A stretch of DNA of 64,000 nt, from NCBI GenBank assembly GCA_030529945.1, contig JAUMVX010000002.1, forward strand, positions 17,160 through 81,159. Reading direction: 5' to 3'. Positions within the stretch are counted from its first letter, which is position 1, and the number at the start of each line of letters is the position of its first letter. This document shows, one piece after another, positions 18,477-28,083 of the stretch. Origin of the DNA: Bacteroidia bacterium (GTDB lineage Bacteria; Bacteroidota; Bacteroidia; Bacteroidales; UBA932). The position numbers and the translations under genes were made by a program. Under the pieces are notes generated by a model. The model did no database searches and had not been told where the DNA came from. It saw only the letters and a list, made by a program, of their open reading frames with translations.

Positions 18477-20201
18477 ATGATTATGAAAAGATTAATAGTT
18501 AATATCGCTGCGGCGGCCCTGCTACTCGGCTGTACCTGCGCCTGCATAGAAGAGACTTTCCCTACCACTGTGGCTACTCCGGAGAAAATCGAGAAATCCT
18601 CTTCCTCGCTGGAGTATATGCTGAACGGGCTTTCGTCTTTCCTTATGGATTACGACACCTGGGGGACCTCCGCGAACTACAACGACTGGGGCTACCCTTG
18701 CCAGATGTATATGCGTGAGGTGATGGGCGAGGACTTCCCGGTGTATGACGCTCTCTACGACTACTGGAGCTACATCGAGTCGGGGAGCAGCCTGCGTTAT
18801 GCCGCCTACTATACCTGGTTCTATTATTACTCTTTCATCAGGAACGCGAACAACGTAATCGCCCTCGTACCGGATCCCGACAGCGTTCCTGAAAAGTCGG
18901 CTCAGAGTCTCGGACAGGCATCCGCTTACCGTGCGCTTATGTATATGGACCTTTCCGCCCTCTATGAGTATCGCACCACGGAGGTGGAAAGCCTCAACTC
19001 CGAGGCGCAGGCCAGCAAGATAATGGGCCTCACGGTTCCTATTGTGGACGAGAACACCAGCAAGGTGGATCTCCAGAACAATCCCCGCGTGCCGTTCTAC
19101 ACGATGTACCGTTTCGTTATGACCGACCTGAACCGTGCGGAGAAGTATCTTCACGGCTATGAGCAGAAGACCACCGCAAATGTGGACCTCGGCGTGGTTT
19201 ACGGTCTGAAGGCACGTCTCTGGCTGGATATGGCGAGCCGTTTCGACAAGGACGCCTCGGCTCTCGCGCTGCAGAGAAGCGCGGAAGGCACGGACGACTA
19301 TGACGACCTGGGAGTCAGCACTGCTATGGAATGTTACGCCAAGGCCGCCGAATATGCTGAAAAGGCCATAGCCTGCGGATACACCCCTCTCACGGAGGAC
19401 CAGTGGATGGACACCAAGACCGGTTTCAACACGGCCCAGCCGTCCTGGATGCTCGGCACCTACGTGACATCGAAGGAAGAGGTGAACACCTCCTACTATT
19501 ACTGCTCGTTCGTGGCCCAGATGACCTCCGAGCCGACCTGGTCTATGGGAAGATACGGCAAGGCTTTCCGCTGCATCGGCAAGTCCCTCTATGACAAGAT
19601 CTCCGATTATGACTGGCGCAAGACCAGCTGGATCGCTCCGGAGGATGCGGGCAAGACTCCGATTCCGTCGAAATACCGCACGGACCTCGACAGCGAGTCC
19701 TGGGCGGAGCTTCCGGCCTACGCGAACCTCAAGTTCCGAGCGGGCAGCGGTTCCCTGAACACCATCGAGACGGGCCTCATCGCCTCGCTTCCTCTTATGA
19801 GAGTGGAGGAGATGTATTTCATCTATTTCGAGGCCATCGCCCACACCCGCAGCGTAGCCGCAGCTGCGGCCGCGATGACGGACTTCATAAACGCCTACCG
19901 CTACAAGGGCGGCACATACAGCTGCACCGCAAGCGATATGAGTTCATTCATCACCGAGCTTATGGTCCAGAGGCGCATAGAGTTCTGGGGAGAGGGCATC
20001 AATTTCTTCGCCTACAAGCGTCTCGCCCTGCCTGTCACAAGGTCTTACACGGACACCAACTGGATTTCCGCCCACAGGCTGAATACCAAGGCCGGCTACG
20101 TCGCTCCTTGGATGAACTATGTTCTGCCGGAGTACGAAAGAGACAATAATCAGGCTGTCATTCTGAATCCGGACCCGTCAGGTGCCATCATTTCACAATA
20201 A
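18477..20201 (+). CDS. SusD/RagB-family lipoprotein (start may be 18483)
   Basis: Signal II with Cys; AYRALMYMDL, MRVEEMYFIYFEA, RRIEFWGEG, NYVLPEYERDNN. Confidence 0.92.
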   Translation: MIMKRLIVNIAAAALLLGCTCACIEETFPTTVATPEKIEKSSSSLEYMLNGLSSFLMDYDTWGTSANYNDWGYPCQMYMREVMGEDFPVYDALYDYWSYIESGSSLRYAAYYTWFYYYSFIRNANNVIALVPDPDSVPEKSAQSLGQASAYRALMYMDLSALYEYRTTEVESLNSEAQASKIMGLTVPIVDENTSKVDLQNNPRVPFYTMYRFVMTDLNRAEKYLHGYEQKTTANVDLGVVYGLKARLWLDMASRFDKDASALALQRSAEGTDDYDDLGVSTAMECYAKAAEYAEKAIACGYTPLTEDQWMDTKTGFNTAQPSWMLGTYVTSKEEVNTSYYYCSFVAQMTSEPTWSMGRYGKAFRCIGKSLYDKISDYDWRKTSWIAPEDAGKTPIPSKYRTDLDSESWAELPAYANLKFRAGSGSLNTIETGLIASLPLMRVEEMYFIYFEAIAHTRSVAAAAAAMTDFINAYRYKGGTYSCTASDMSSFITELMVQRRIEFWGEGINFFAYKRLALPVTRSYTDTNWISAHRLNTKAGYVAPWMNYVLPEYERDNNQAVILNPDPSGAIISQ

Positions 20202-20216
20202 AAAGATTATAAGGCT

Positions 20217-21143
20217 ATGAATCATAATATGAAGACATATCTTTATGCGTCGCTCGCCCTTCTGGGCCTGACTCTCTCCTCCTGTAAAGGGAGCGAGGGC
20301 TATGAGCCGGGCCCGGAGCCGGCCTCTGACAGCATCGAGGCTTATTTCCTTTCCTCGAATCCTGCAGAATACATTCTCGGCACCGATGCCACGAGCATCA
20401 CCCTCGAAGTCGGCAGAATGAAATCTGACTTTGCAGCCAGCGTTCCCGTAACGGTGGAATTCCAGGATGCCTCATTCGAGATTCCCGCCACCGTGGAATT
20501 CGCGGCCGGAGAAGCCACGGCGGAGTTTACGGTAAACTTCCGCGATATGCCTACCAAGGTGGAACAGCAGTTCATCGTCCGCATTGCAGGTGACAACGCG
20601 AATCCTTATGCTATTCACGACGGCTCGGAACTGTACTCCGGGAAGGTTCTCGTCTCCGAGTGGAAGAAAGTGGTCAGCGGCGCTCTTTTCTGGTTCTCTA
20701 CCATACTGCAGGCGCAGGTCACCTCGGACATCTACTGGCTCGACGGCTTCAACCGTTTCCGCATCGAGAACTTCCTCGGCACGGGATTCGACCTCAGCTA
20801 CAGCATAAACAACTCCGAGTTCGATCCGGAGGACATCAGCACCTGGACGGGAGAATTCAGCCCTCTCGACCACTATGCCGAGGAGGCCACGGATGACGAC
20901 TACAAATACTGGAGTCTGCGGGACGCTTCCGGAAACTATTTCGAGTGGACTCCGGACGGTGCACCGGATGCCGTTACAGGTCTCTTCGTGTACCGCACGG
21001 ACTATTATTCCGCCATAACTATGGACGGATCCACGTCCCCGGACGCCTACTTCACGACATATATGAATACCGCCAGCGGCAAATACGACGGCTGGGAGTA
21101 CATCTATGCCTACTGGACAGAAGCGGACGTAATCAAGCCATAA
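20217..21143 (+). CDS. Sus-locus lipoprotein (Ig-like N-terminal domain plus aromatic-rich C-terminal domain)
   Basis: Lipobox LSSC; follows susD. Confidence 0.75.
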   Translation: MNHNMKTYLYASLALLGLTLSSCKGSEGYEPGPEPASDSIEAYFLSSNPAEYILGTDATSITLEVGRMKSDFAASVPVTVEFQDASFEIPATVEFAAGEATAEFTVNFRDMPTKVEQQFIVRIAGDNANPYAIHDGSELYSGKVLVSEWKKVVSGALFWFSTILQAQVTSDIYWLDGFNRFRIENFLGTGFDLSYSINNSEFDPEDISTWTGEFSPLDHYAEEATDDDYKYWSLRDASGNYFEWTPDGAPDAVTGLFVYRTDYYSAITMDGSTSPDAYFTTYMNTASGKYDGWEYIYAYWTEADVIKP

Positions 21144-21157
21144 AAGTCTAACATTAT

Positions 21158-22588
21158 ATGCATAAACAGAATATGAACACAATATTGACCTTTATCCGCA
21201 GGATGGCGGGACTGATTGTCCTCGCTGCGCTGGGAACTGCAGTTCTGTCTTCCTGCAAGGAGGATGATCCGGTCCCTACGCCTCTGGATGCTCCTCAGGC
21301 AAGACTTGTCGCGGCCACGGTCAGTTCACTGACGTTCACGTGGGATAAGGTAACAGATGCTGTCCAGTACGGCTATCAGCTTGTCGGCCCGGACGGTTCG
21401 GATTTGGACGGCGGCACTACAACCGCTACAAGTGCCGTATTCACCGGTCTTAAGGACAATACGACATATATGGTCAGAATTTACGCTTTTGCCGCTGTCG
21501 CGGAGCCTTCTCTCGGGACCTCAGCCGCTTTCGAGGTTCAGGGGAAGACGGAAGCCATAGTACCGCTCGCCACTCCGGTACTCAAGGTTGAGGCCGGAGA
21601 GGGTACGGCCGCCATCAGCTGGGAGGCGGTGGACAATGCCGACTCGTATGCCTACAGTTATGTGGTGGATGGTGGTACGCCTGTTACAGGTTCGACGGAG
21701 GACACTTCATTGACTCTCCTGAAACTTGAGGCCGGCAACTATGTTTTCTATCTCCGGGCGGTAAGCGAAAATGAAGCCTACAGTGATTCTGAAGAGGCGA
21801 TGGCCGAATTCGAGGTCAAGTCGGCCGCGAGAAGGGAAAGCTGGAGAGTGACGGGAAGCGTGGATGATGGCGGCGGAAACACTTGGGCAGCGACGATGGT
21901 AGCCTGGAGCGACGGAACCTACACTCTCAAGGACTGGTACAATGTCGAGGGCTATGACTTGGAGTTCTACCTGAACGCAGACGGTTCCCTCTCCGTCACC
22001 AACTATTACGAGCCTTATTATCCGAACATCTGGGTAATCGCCGGCGATGATATTGACAACGGCTGGGTTCATCTTTATACCGCGACATACGGCTCCAGTT
22101 ATTATTCTTACTTCGACGGCGACAGGACAGAGGGCTATTTCTATTGTTACAGTTACAGGACGGCCGGCTATTATCAGTTCACTTGGGCTTCATCTGGAGA
22201 CTCCGTGACTGTCGATGACATCGTGGGGACTTATTCCCAGAACAATACTTACCAGTTCTGGTATAACAGTGCCTGGAACAATTATTCTTCCACGAACGAT
22301 GTCACCGTCACCAAGGTGGACGATACGACTGTCAGCATCGAAGGCTTTATGTACGCTCTTTCAGACGGAGGCAAGGCAATCAATGCCGTTCTGGATGCCG
22401 GAAGAGGCACTCTCTCCATATCGCCTCAGAATGTGGACGAGTGGTACAAGCTGGCTGGGCAGGAAGCAGAAACCGACTCCGTGACCGTCATCTGGGAAAA
22501 CGGGGTGCTCACTTTCGGCGACTGGTCTCTGTGGTATGACGGTTATCAATATGCCTACAGTACGGAGACCGTGCTGACCAAGAAATAA
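21158..22588 (+). CDS. Surface lipoprotein with two FN3-like repeats and aromatic-rich C-terminal domains (start may be 21173)
   Basis: LSSC-KEDD; LTFTW...Y...FTGLKDNTTY; AAISWEAVDNADSYAY. Confidence 0.78.
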   Translation: MHKQNMNTILTFIRRMAGLIVLAALGTAVLSSCKEDDPVPTPLDAPQARLVAATVSSLTFTWDKVTDAVQYGYQLVGPDGSDLDGGTTTATSAVFTGLKDNTTYMVRIYAFAAVAEPSLGTSAAFEVQGKTEAIVPLATPVLKVEAGEGTAAISWEAVDNADSYAYSYVVDGGTPVTGSTEDTSLTLLKLEAGNYVFYLRAVSENEAYSDSEEAMAEFEVKSAARRESWRVTGSVDDGGGNTWAATMVAWSDGTYTLKDWYNVEGYDLEFYLNADGSLSVTNYYEPYYPNIWVIAGDDIDNGWVHLYTATYGSSYYSYFDGDRTEGYFYCYSYRTAGYYQFTWASSGDSVTVDDIVGTYSQNNTYQFWYNSAWNNYSSTNDVTVTKVDDTTVSIEGFMYALSDGGKAINAVLDAGRGTLSISPQNVDEWYKLAGQEAETDSVTVIWENGVLTFGDWSLWYDGYQYAYSTETVLTKK

Positions 22589-22631
22589 AAATGTCTCGTA
22601 CAGATAATACAACACATTAAAACCTGCAAAT

Positions 22632-24020
22632 ATGAAAAGAATCTTTACAATTGCCCTCAGGGCGGCCACGGTGCTCGCCCTCGCAGTGCTCGGCTCCGCC
22701 GTTCTTTCTTCCTGCAAGCCTGAGAAGAAAGACCCTGTACAGCTGACCGCCCCGCAGCCGAAGCTCTCGGCCGCCACGGTCAACACCCTCTCTTTCACCT
22801 GGACCCAGGTCGCCAATGCGGCGCAGTACACCTATGAACTCCTCTCTCCGGACGGATCCAAGGCCGACGGGGGGACTACTGCCGAAACCAAGGCCGAGTT
22901 CAAGGGTCTGAAAGACAATACCGCCTATACATTCAAGGTAGTGGCTTATCCCGCTTCGGGCAGCGAAGATTATCTGGCTTCGGTTGCGGGACAGTGCATC
23001 GGAACTACTGTCGCGGTGACACCTCTCGCCAAACCGGTCCCCAAGGTGGAGGTCGGTGACGAGTCTGTGACGGTCTCCTGGGATGCAGTGGCGAACGCTG
23101 CCTCTTATGACTACGCTTATGCCGCAGAGGGCGGCTCCGCAGTCACCGGCAATACTGCGGAGACATCCCTTACCCTCAAGCTTGATCCGGGGAAATACAC
23201 TTTCACGCTTCAGGCCATAAGCTCCGATGCCGCCTACAGCGCTTCCGAGAAGGCAAGTGCTGAATTCGAAGTGAAACGTCTGGCGGAATGGAAAGTCCAG
23301 GGGACTTTCGAGGACGGCGGAGGTAAAATCTGGATAGACGAGATGGTCGCCTGGAGTGACGGCAGCTATACCATCAGGAACTGGTACGGAATCGAAGGCT
23401 ACGACTTCGAGTTCGTGCTCAACGAAGACGGAACCATCGGAATCACGAACAGCACCTCCGAAGATCCGGACTATCCGAAGGTCGAGTCGGGAGATGGTTC
23501 AATCTCCTTGTATACCGGCATCTATAATGGTTATCCATACTCCGGTTTCGAAGGAGACAAGGAGGAGGGAATCTTATGGTTCTCAAGCTATACTACAAAC
23601 GGTGACTGCGTGTTCACCTGGCCGGTTCGCACCGTCACTATGGATGAAGTCGTCGGAACGTATGCTCAGGACAATTCATATTATTTCTATGATTATGACT
23701 ATTCGGACTGGATCCTCTACAAGTCTGAGAATGACGTCACCATCACTAAGATCGATGATAAGACTGTAAGCATAGAAGGCTTTATGTATCCGGCGGACTA
23801 TGGCGGAAAGCCGCTCACAGCCACTCTTGATTCAGAAAAGGGTGCCTTGATAATACAGCCTCAGCAATTGACGGAGTGGTACACGCTGGCGGGCGACACC
23901 GATAAATCCGGTGTAATCGCGAAATGGAATGGGGGGACTCTCACATTCTCAAGCTGGTGTCTGTGGTATAATGGTTATTATTATGCGTATGACTATTACA
24001 CCGCCCTCACGAAGAAATAA
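22632..24020 (+). CDS. Surface lipoprotein, tandem paralog of 21158-22588
   Basis: LSSC; FKGLKDNTAY; VSWDAVANAASYDY; AWSDGSYTIRNWYGIEGYDFEF; ends LTKK like its paralog. Confidence 0.78.
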   Translation: MKRIFTIALRAATVLALAVLGSAVLSSCKPEKKDPVQLTAPQPKLSAATVNTLSFTWTQVANAAQYTYELLSPDGSKADGGTTAETKAEFKGLKDNTAYTFKVVAYPASGSEDYLASVAGQCIGTTVAVTPLAKPVPKVEVGDESVTVSWDAVANAASYDYAYAAEGGSAVTGNTAETSLTLKLDPGKYTFTLQAISSDAAYSASEKASAEFEVKRLAEWKVQGTFEDGGGKIWIDEMVAWSDGSYTIRNWYGIEGYDFEFVLNEDGTIGITNSTSEDPDYPKVESGDGSISLYTGIYNGYPYSGFEGDKEEGILWFSSYTTNGDCVFTWPVRTVTMDEVVGTYAQDNSYYFYDYDYSDWILYKSENDVTITKIDDKTVSIEGFMYPADYGGKPLTATLDSEKGALIIQPQQLTEWYTLAGDTDKSGVIAKWNGGTLTFSSWCLWYNGYYYAYDYYTALTKK

Positions 24021-24049
24021 TCTTCTTGCAGTGTAATCCCTCAACAATT

Positions 24050-24084
24050 AAGGATGACTCCGGACTCCGGGGTCATCCTTTTTT
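24050..24084. terminator. Intrinsic terminator between the convergent sus locus and rfbA
   Basis: AAGGATGACTCCGG-act-CCGGGGTCATCCTT followed by TTTT. Confidence 0.8.
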
Positions 24085-24970
24085 AAACGCCACGCTTACC
24101 GTCAGCGAGCTGCAGCAGATACTGGCCGTACTGGTTTTTCTGCATCGGCTGAGCCAGAGAGCGCAGCTTGCCGGAGTCTATCCAGCCCTGGCGGAACGCT
24201 ATGGCTTCGAGACAGGCGACTTTCAGCCCCTGCCGCTTTTCGATGACCTCCACGAAGGTCGAAGCTTCGCTGAGAGAGTCGTGCGTGCCCGTGTCCAGCC
24301 AGGCGAAGCCGCGTCCGAGCAGCTGCATCTTAAGGGAGCCCCGCTCCAGGAAGGCCTGGTTCACGCTCGTGATTTCCAGCTCCCCGCGTGAAGACGGAGT
24401 GATGTGTGCGGCTATGTCGAGCACGTCGTTCGGGTAGAAATACAGGCCGGTGACGGCATAGTTGCTCTTCGGTTCCGAGGGCTTCTCCTCTATGCCGAGC
24501 ACATTTCCGTCCCCGTCGAACTCAGCCACGCCGTAGCGCTGCGGGTCCGCGACCCAATATCCGAAGACCGTCGCCTTGCCGTCCGTCTGCGCTGCGCTGA
24601 CTGCATCCTTCAGCATAGGAGTGAAGTGACTGCCGTAGAAGATGTTGTCCCCCAGAATGAGACAGACGCTGTCATCCCCGACGAAATCCCTTCCGATTAT
24701 GAACGCATGGGCGAGGCCGTCAGGCGAGGGCTGCGGAGCGTAGCTGAACCTCAGTCCGAGGTCGCTTCCGTCTCCCAGAAGCCGCTTGAAGCCCGGCATA
24801 TCCTCGGGAGTGGATATGATGAGGATGTCCCTGATTCCGGCGAGCATAAGCACGGACAGGGGATAATATATCATCGGCTTGTCATAAACCGGGAGAAGCT
24901 GCTTGCTGACTCCCTTGGTCACCGGATAAAGGCGTGTGCCGCTGCCTCCGGCCAGAACTATTCCTTTCAT
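24083..24970 (-). CDS. rfbA: Glucose-1-phosphate thymidylyltransferase
   Basis: [50 protein letters not shown]. Confidence 0.96.
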   Translation of the reverse strand: MKGIVLAGGSGTRLYPVTKGVSKQLLPVYDKPMIYYPLSVLMLAGIRDILIISTPEDMPGFKRLLGDGSDLGLRFSYAPQPSPDGLAHAFIIGRDFVGDDSVCLILGDNIFYGSHFTPMLKDAVSAAQTDGKATVFGYWVADPQRYGVAEFDGDGNVLGIEEKPSEPKSNYAVTGLYFYPNDVLDIAAHITPSSRGELEITSVNQAFLERGSLKMQLLGRGFAWLDTGTHDSLSEASTFVEVIEKRQGLKVACLEAIAFRQGWIDSGKLRSLAQPMQKNQYGQYLLQLADGKRGV

Positions 24971-25026
24971 TGTATGTCCGATTGCAGAACTGCCGCAGAA
25001 AGCAGTTCAATTGATTCATAACCCGA

Positions 25027-26319
25027 TCAGTCCCCGGAAGCTTCATCCCCCGCATCGTGGGCCTTCTCCCAGATGTAAATCTTGTCGCCGCGCCTCAGGC
25101 GCTCGAAGCCCGGATTCTTGTCTCCCGGTTTTACGGCCACGGAGCAGCGCACTCCCTTGCCGGCCTCGGCTGCGCTCTTCAGATTCACCCTCATATCGTC
25201 CACGGTGAATTCCACCACCCCAGTAGTCGCCCCGATGGCCATCACCTCGTCTCCAAGGTGCAGCGGAGAGCTTTCCACGGTGATTTCAGCCACTCCGATG
25301 CGGTCGAACCAGTTGGTGACCTTGCCGCAATAGACCTTTTTGCGGGAGGCCTGGCTCCCGTAAACATCGCTCCACTGTCCGAGATAGGCGCCCTGATAAT
25401 AGCCGTCCCAGAAGCCCCTGTTAAACACTTCCCCGAGTTCAGTCTTGAGTGATGCGGCGAGCTGCGGAGTGTAAGCGCCCTCGCAGACGGCGGCGGCCGC
25501 CCTGCTGTAGCAGGACGCGCAGCGCTTCACATATTCCGCGCTGCGGGCCCGTCCCTCTATCTTGAACACTTTCACGCCCGCAGCGGTGATTCTGTCCATA
25601 AACTCTATGGTACACAGGTCTTTAGGCGACATTATGTATTTATTGTCGATGTTCAGCTGCCGCCCCGTCTCCAGATCCGTGACCTCGTAGCCCCGGCGGC
25701 AGACCTGGTAACAGGCACCGCGATTGGCGGAAGCTCCGTAGGTATGGAGCGAGAGGTAGCATTTGCCGGAAATCGCCATACAGAGTGCGCCGTGCGCGAA
25801 CATCTCGATGCGCACGAGCTTGCCGGACGGGCCGCAGATGCCCTCGCGCACTATGCTCTCGTGGATGTCTTTCACCTGGTCGAGACTGAGTTCGCGCGCC
25901 AGCACGATGACATCCGCGAACTGCGCGTAGAAGCGCAGCGACTCGACGTTCGAAATGGACAGCTGAGTGGAAATATGCACCTCCAGACCGATGGAGCGGC
26001 AATACGCGATCGCCGCCATATCGGAGGCGATGATGGCGTCCACTCCGGCCGCGGCAGCCGCGTCCAATGCCGCCCGCATCCCGGGCAGGTCCTCCTGGTA
26101 GAGAACGATGTTCAGGGTCATATAGCTCCTGACGCCGCTCTCCCGGCAGATGCGGACTACCTCGGGGAGATCTTCCGGAGCGAAATTGCTCGCGGAATGC
26201 GAGCGCATATTGAGGTTCCCCACGCCGAAATAGACCGAGTCCGCGCCACCCTGTATAGCTGCGCGCAGGCATTCGAAATTGCCCGCGGGGGCCATTATTT
26301 CCAGTTCTTTCCTGTCCAT
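25027..26319 (-). CDS. Peptidase U32 family protein (probable Fe-S hydroxylation protein)
   Basis: EIMAPAG, GADSVYFG, FAHGALCMAISGKCYLS, RGACYQVCRR, MSPKDLC, FKIEGRAR. Confidence 0.9.
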   Translation of the reverse strand: MDRKELEIMAPAGNFECLRAAIQGGADSVYFGVGNLNMRSHSASNFAPEDLPEVVRICRESGVRSYMTLNIVLYQEDLPGMRAALDAAAAAGVDAIIASDMAAIAYCRSIGLEVHISTQLSISNVESLRFYAQFADVIVLARELSLDQVKDIHESIVREGICGPSGKLVRIEMFAHGALCMAISGKCYLSLHTYGASANRGACYQVCRRGYEVTDLETGRQLNIDNKYIMSPKDLCTIEFMDRITAAGVKVFKIEGRARSAEYVKRCASCYSRAAAAVCEGAYTPQLAASLKTELGEVFNRGFWDGYYQGAYLGQWSDVYGSQASRKKVYCGKVTNWFDRIGVAEITVESSPLHLGDEVMAIGATTGVVEFTVDDMRVNLKSAAEAGKGVRCSVAVKPGDKNPGFERLRRGDKIYIWEKAHDAGDEASGD

Positions 26320-26324
26320 ACCGC

Positions 26325-27305
26325 TTATATGGATCTGCCTACGAGAGACTCGGCGAAGCGGCGGAGCATCTCGATGCGCACGGAGCTGACGCTGACTTTC
26401 AGGGCCGACTCCATAGCGAGAGAGGTCAGACGGGAAATCTCTTCGATCGCGTCCTTGTCCACGCCGAGAGCGTTATATACACTTTTCACCGCACGGACCT
26501 TGGCCTTGCGCTCGGCCTCAGTTCCGACGGGCATCGCCATAGCCTCGTTCAGCTCGCCTCCGTCCTCGTCCTTCTCGCGGGCGCGGGTAAGCAGCCAGCT
26601 TTTCTTGTTGTTCACGATATCACCTCCGATGGGCTTGCCGAAGACGGCCTCGTCGCCGTAGGTGTCCAGGTAGTCGTCTGATACCTGGAAGGCCAGACCG
26701 AGCTGATAGCCGTACTCATACATAAACTCCGCATCCTGCGCGGAGGCACCACCGATGATCGCGCCGATCTTCGCGCAGCAGGCCAGAAGAACCGCCGTCT
26801 TGAGACCGATCATCTTCATATATCCGCCCATACTTACCTGCGGCAGCTTCTCGAATTCGAGATCAAGCTGCTGCCCTTCGCACACCTGTGCGGCCGTAGA
26901 TACGAAAAGCGGCAGTACGGTTCCGAGGTATTTCACGGGAACCGAGGCCATACGGCGGAAACTCTCGATGTTCATCACGTCGCCGGAGAGGATGGCGGTA
27001 TCCTCGTCCCACTTCTTCCACACGGTGGGCTGTCCCCGGCGAAGCTCCGAGCGGTCCATTATGTCATCGTGGATGAGCGTGAAGGAATGGAAGATTTCGA
27101 GCGCGAGAGCGGGTTCCACGATGACATCGTAGAGGTCGTCCCTGAAGATGGAATATGCGAGTATGCAGAGCTTCGGACGTATGCGTTTCCCGCCTATGCT
27201 CAGCATATAGCGGAGCGGGTCATACAGTCCCTCGGGCTGCTCCGCGAATTTCACATCCTCGAAAATCTCCTTTACGACTTGATTTATGTAAGCTTCTGAA
27301 ATCAT
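26325..27305 (-). CDS. Polyprenyl diphosphate synthase
   Basis: GGKRIRP, LIHDDIMD..ELRRG, GQQLD, KTAVL, AFQVSDDYLD. Confidence 0.93.
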   Translation of the reverse strand: MISEAYINQVVKEIFEDVKFAEQPEGLYDPLRYMLSIGGKRIRPKLCILAYSIFRDDLYDVIVEPALALEIFHSFTLIHDDIMDRSELRRGQPTVWKKWDEDTAILSGDVMNIESFRRMASVPVKYLGTVLPLFVSTAAQVCEGQQLDLEFEKLPQVSMGGYMKMIGLKTAVLLACCAKIGAIIGGASAQDAEFMYEYGYQLGLAFQVSDDYLDTYGDEAVFGKPIGGDIVNNKKSWLLTRAREKDEDGGELNEAMAMPVGTEAERKAKVRAVKSVYNALGVDKDAIEEISRLTSLAMESALKVSVSSVRIEMLRRFAESLVGRSI

Positions 27306-27359
27306 AGATATTATGTGGTTTGCATCCCTCCTGGCGGCCGGCCCCGGCGGGACGGCGAT

Positions 27360-27953
27360 TCAATTTCCCTTTCCTCGGAGCCACGCGGCCATAGCCCTCA
27401 GGGCCTTTCCCCTGTGCGAGATGTCATTCTTCGCCTCTTCGGAAATCTCGGCGAGGGTACAGTCCGGAAATTCGTCGGCGATGAAGACCGGATCGTAGCC
27501 GAAGCCGCCGCAGCCGGACTTGCCGAACGCGATCCATCCCTCCAGAACCCCCTCGAAGCGGAGCGTCTGCCCGCCGAAGATGAGCGTCACGACACTGCGG
27601 AAGCGGGCGCGGCGACGCTGCGGCGAGTCGATTCCCTCCATCTCGCGCAGGAGCTTGTCCATACACGCGCCGAAGTCGTGCCCATCCCCGGCGTACCTCG
27701 CGGTGCGGACCCCGGGAGCTCCGCCGAGCGCATCGACTTCCAGACCCGTGTCGTCCGCAAAACAGTCGAGCCGGGTGCGGGAGTGGATGTACTCCGCCTT
27801 CAGCTGCGAATTCTCTTCAAGCGTGCTGCCCGTTTCGGGAATGTCCTCCGTAATGCCGAAGTCGGCCGGAGTGCTCAGGCGGAAGCCTTCGCCCAATATT
27901 TCTTCTGCTTCGCGGAGTTTTCCGCGGTTCGATGTAGCGAAAATGATATTCAT
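27360..27953 (-). CDS. rdgB: Non-canonical purine NTP pyrophosphatase (RdgB/HAM1)
   Basis: Start MNIIFATSNRGK at 27953; FADDTGL, GFGYDPVF, KNDISHRGKA. Confidence 0.93.
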   Translation of the reverse strand: MNIIFATSNRGKLREAEEILGEGFRLSTPADFGITEDIPETGSTLEENSQLKAEYIHSRTRLDCFADDTGLEVDALGGAPGVRTARYAGDGHDFGACMDKLLREMEGIDSPQRRRARFRSVVTLIFGGQTLRFEGVLEGWIAFGKSGCGGFGYDPVFIADEFPDCTLAEISEEAKNDISHRGKALRAMAAWLRGKGN

Positions 27954-27971
27954 TGATGTCCGTGTGGAACA

Positions 27972-27979
27972 CAAATATA
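27972..27979 (-). promoter_or_regulatory. -7 element for the rdgB operon
   Basis: CAAATATA on +, 18 nt before the start. Confidence 0.65.
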
Positions 27980-28083
27980 GTATATTTTCACATAAAACAA
28001 GCCCGAACTTGTACTTAAGTGACAAGTAATTCTTACCTTCGCGGAATGGAATTTGAATAAAATCCGCGCGTTATAATAGCATT

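Noticed and set aside
18470-18485. 8-nt match (GAAATGAT) between the candidate sRNA seed and the susD start region
   Set aside because: An 8-mer is expected by chance in 64 kb; needs an energy-based prediction.
21158-24020. Diversity-generating retroelement explanation for the paralogous tips
   Set aside because: No reverse transcriptase in the window and no near-identical template/variable repeat pair with adenine-specific differences; divergence is spread throughout.
24083-24970. rfbA as the start of a capsule/O-antigen locus
   Set aside because: No rfbBCD, glycosyltransferase or flippase genes next to it.
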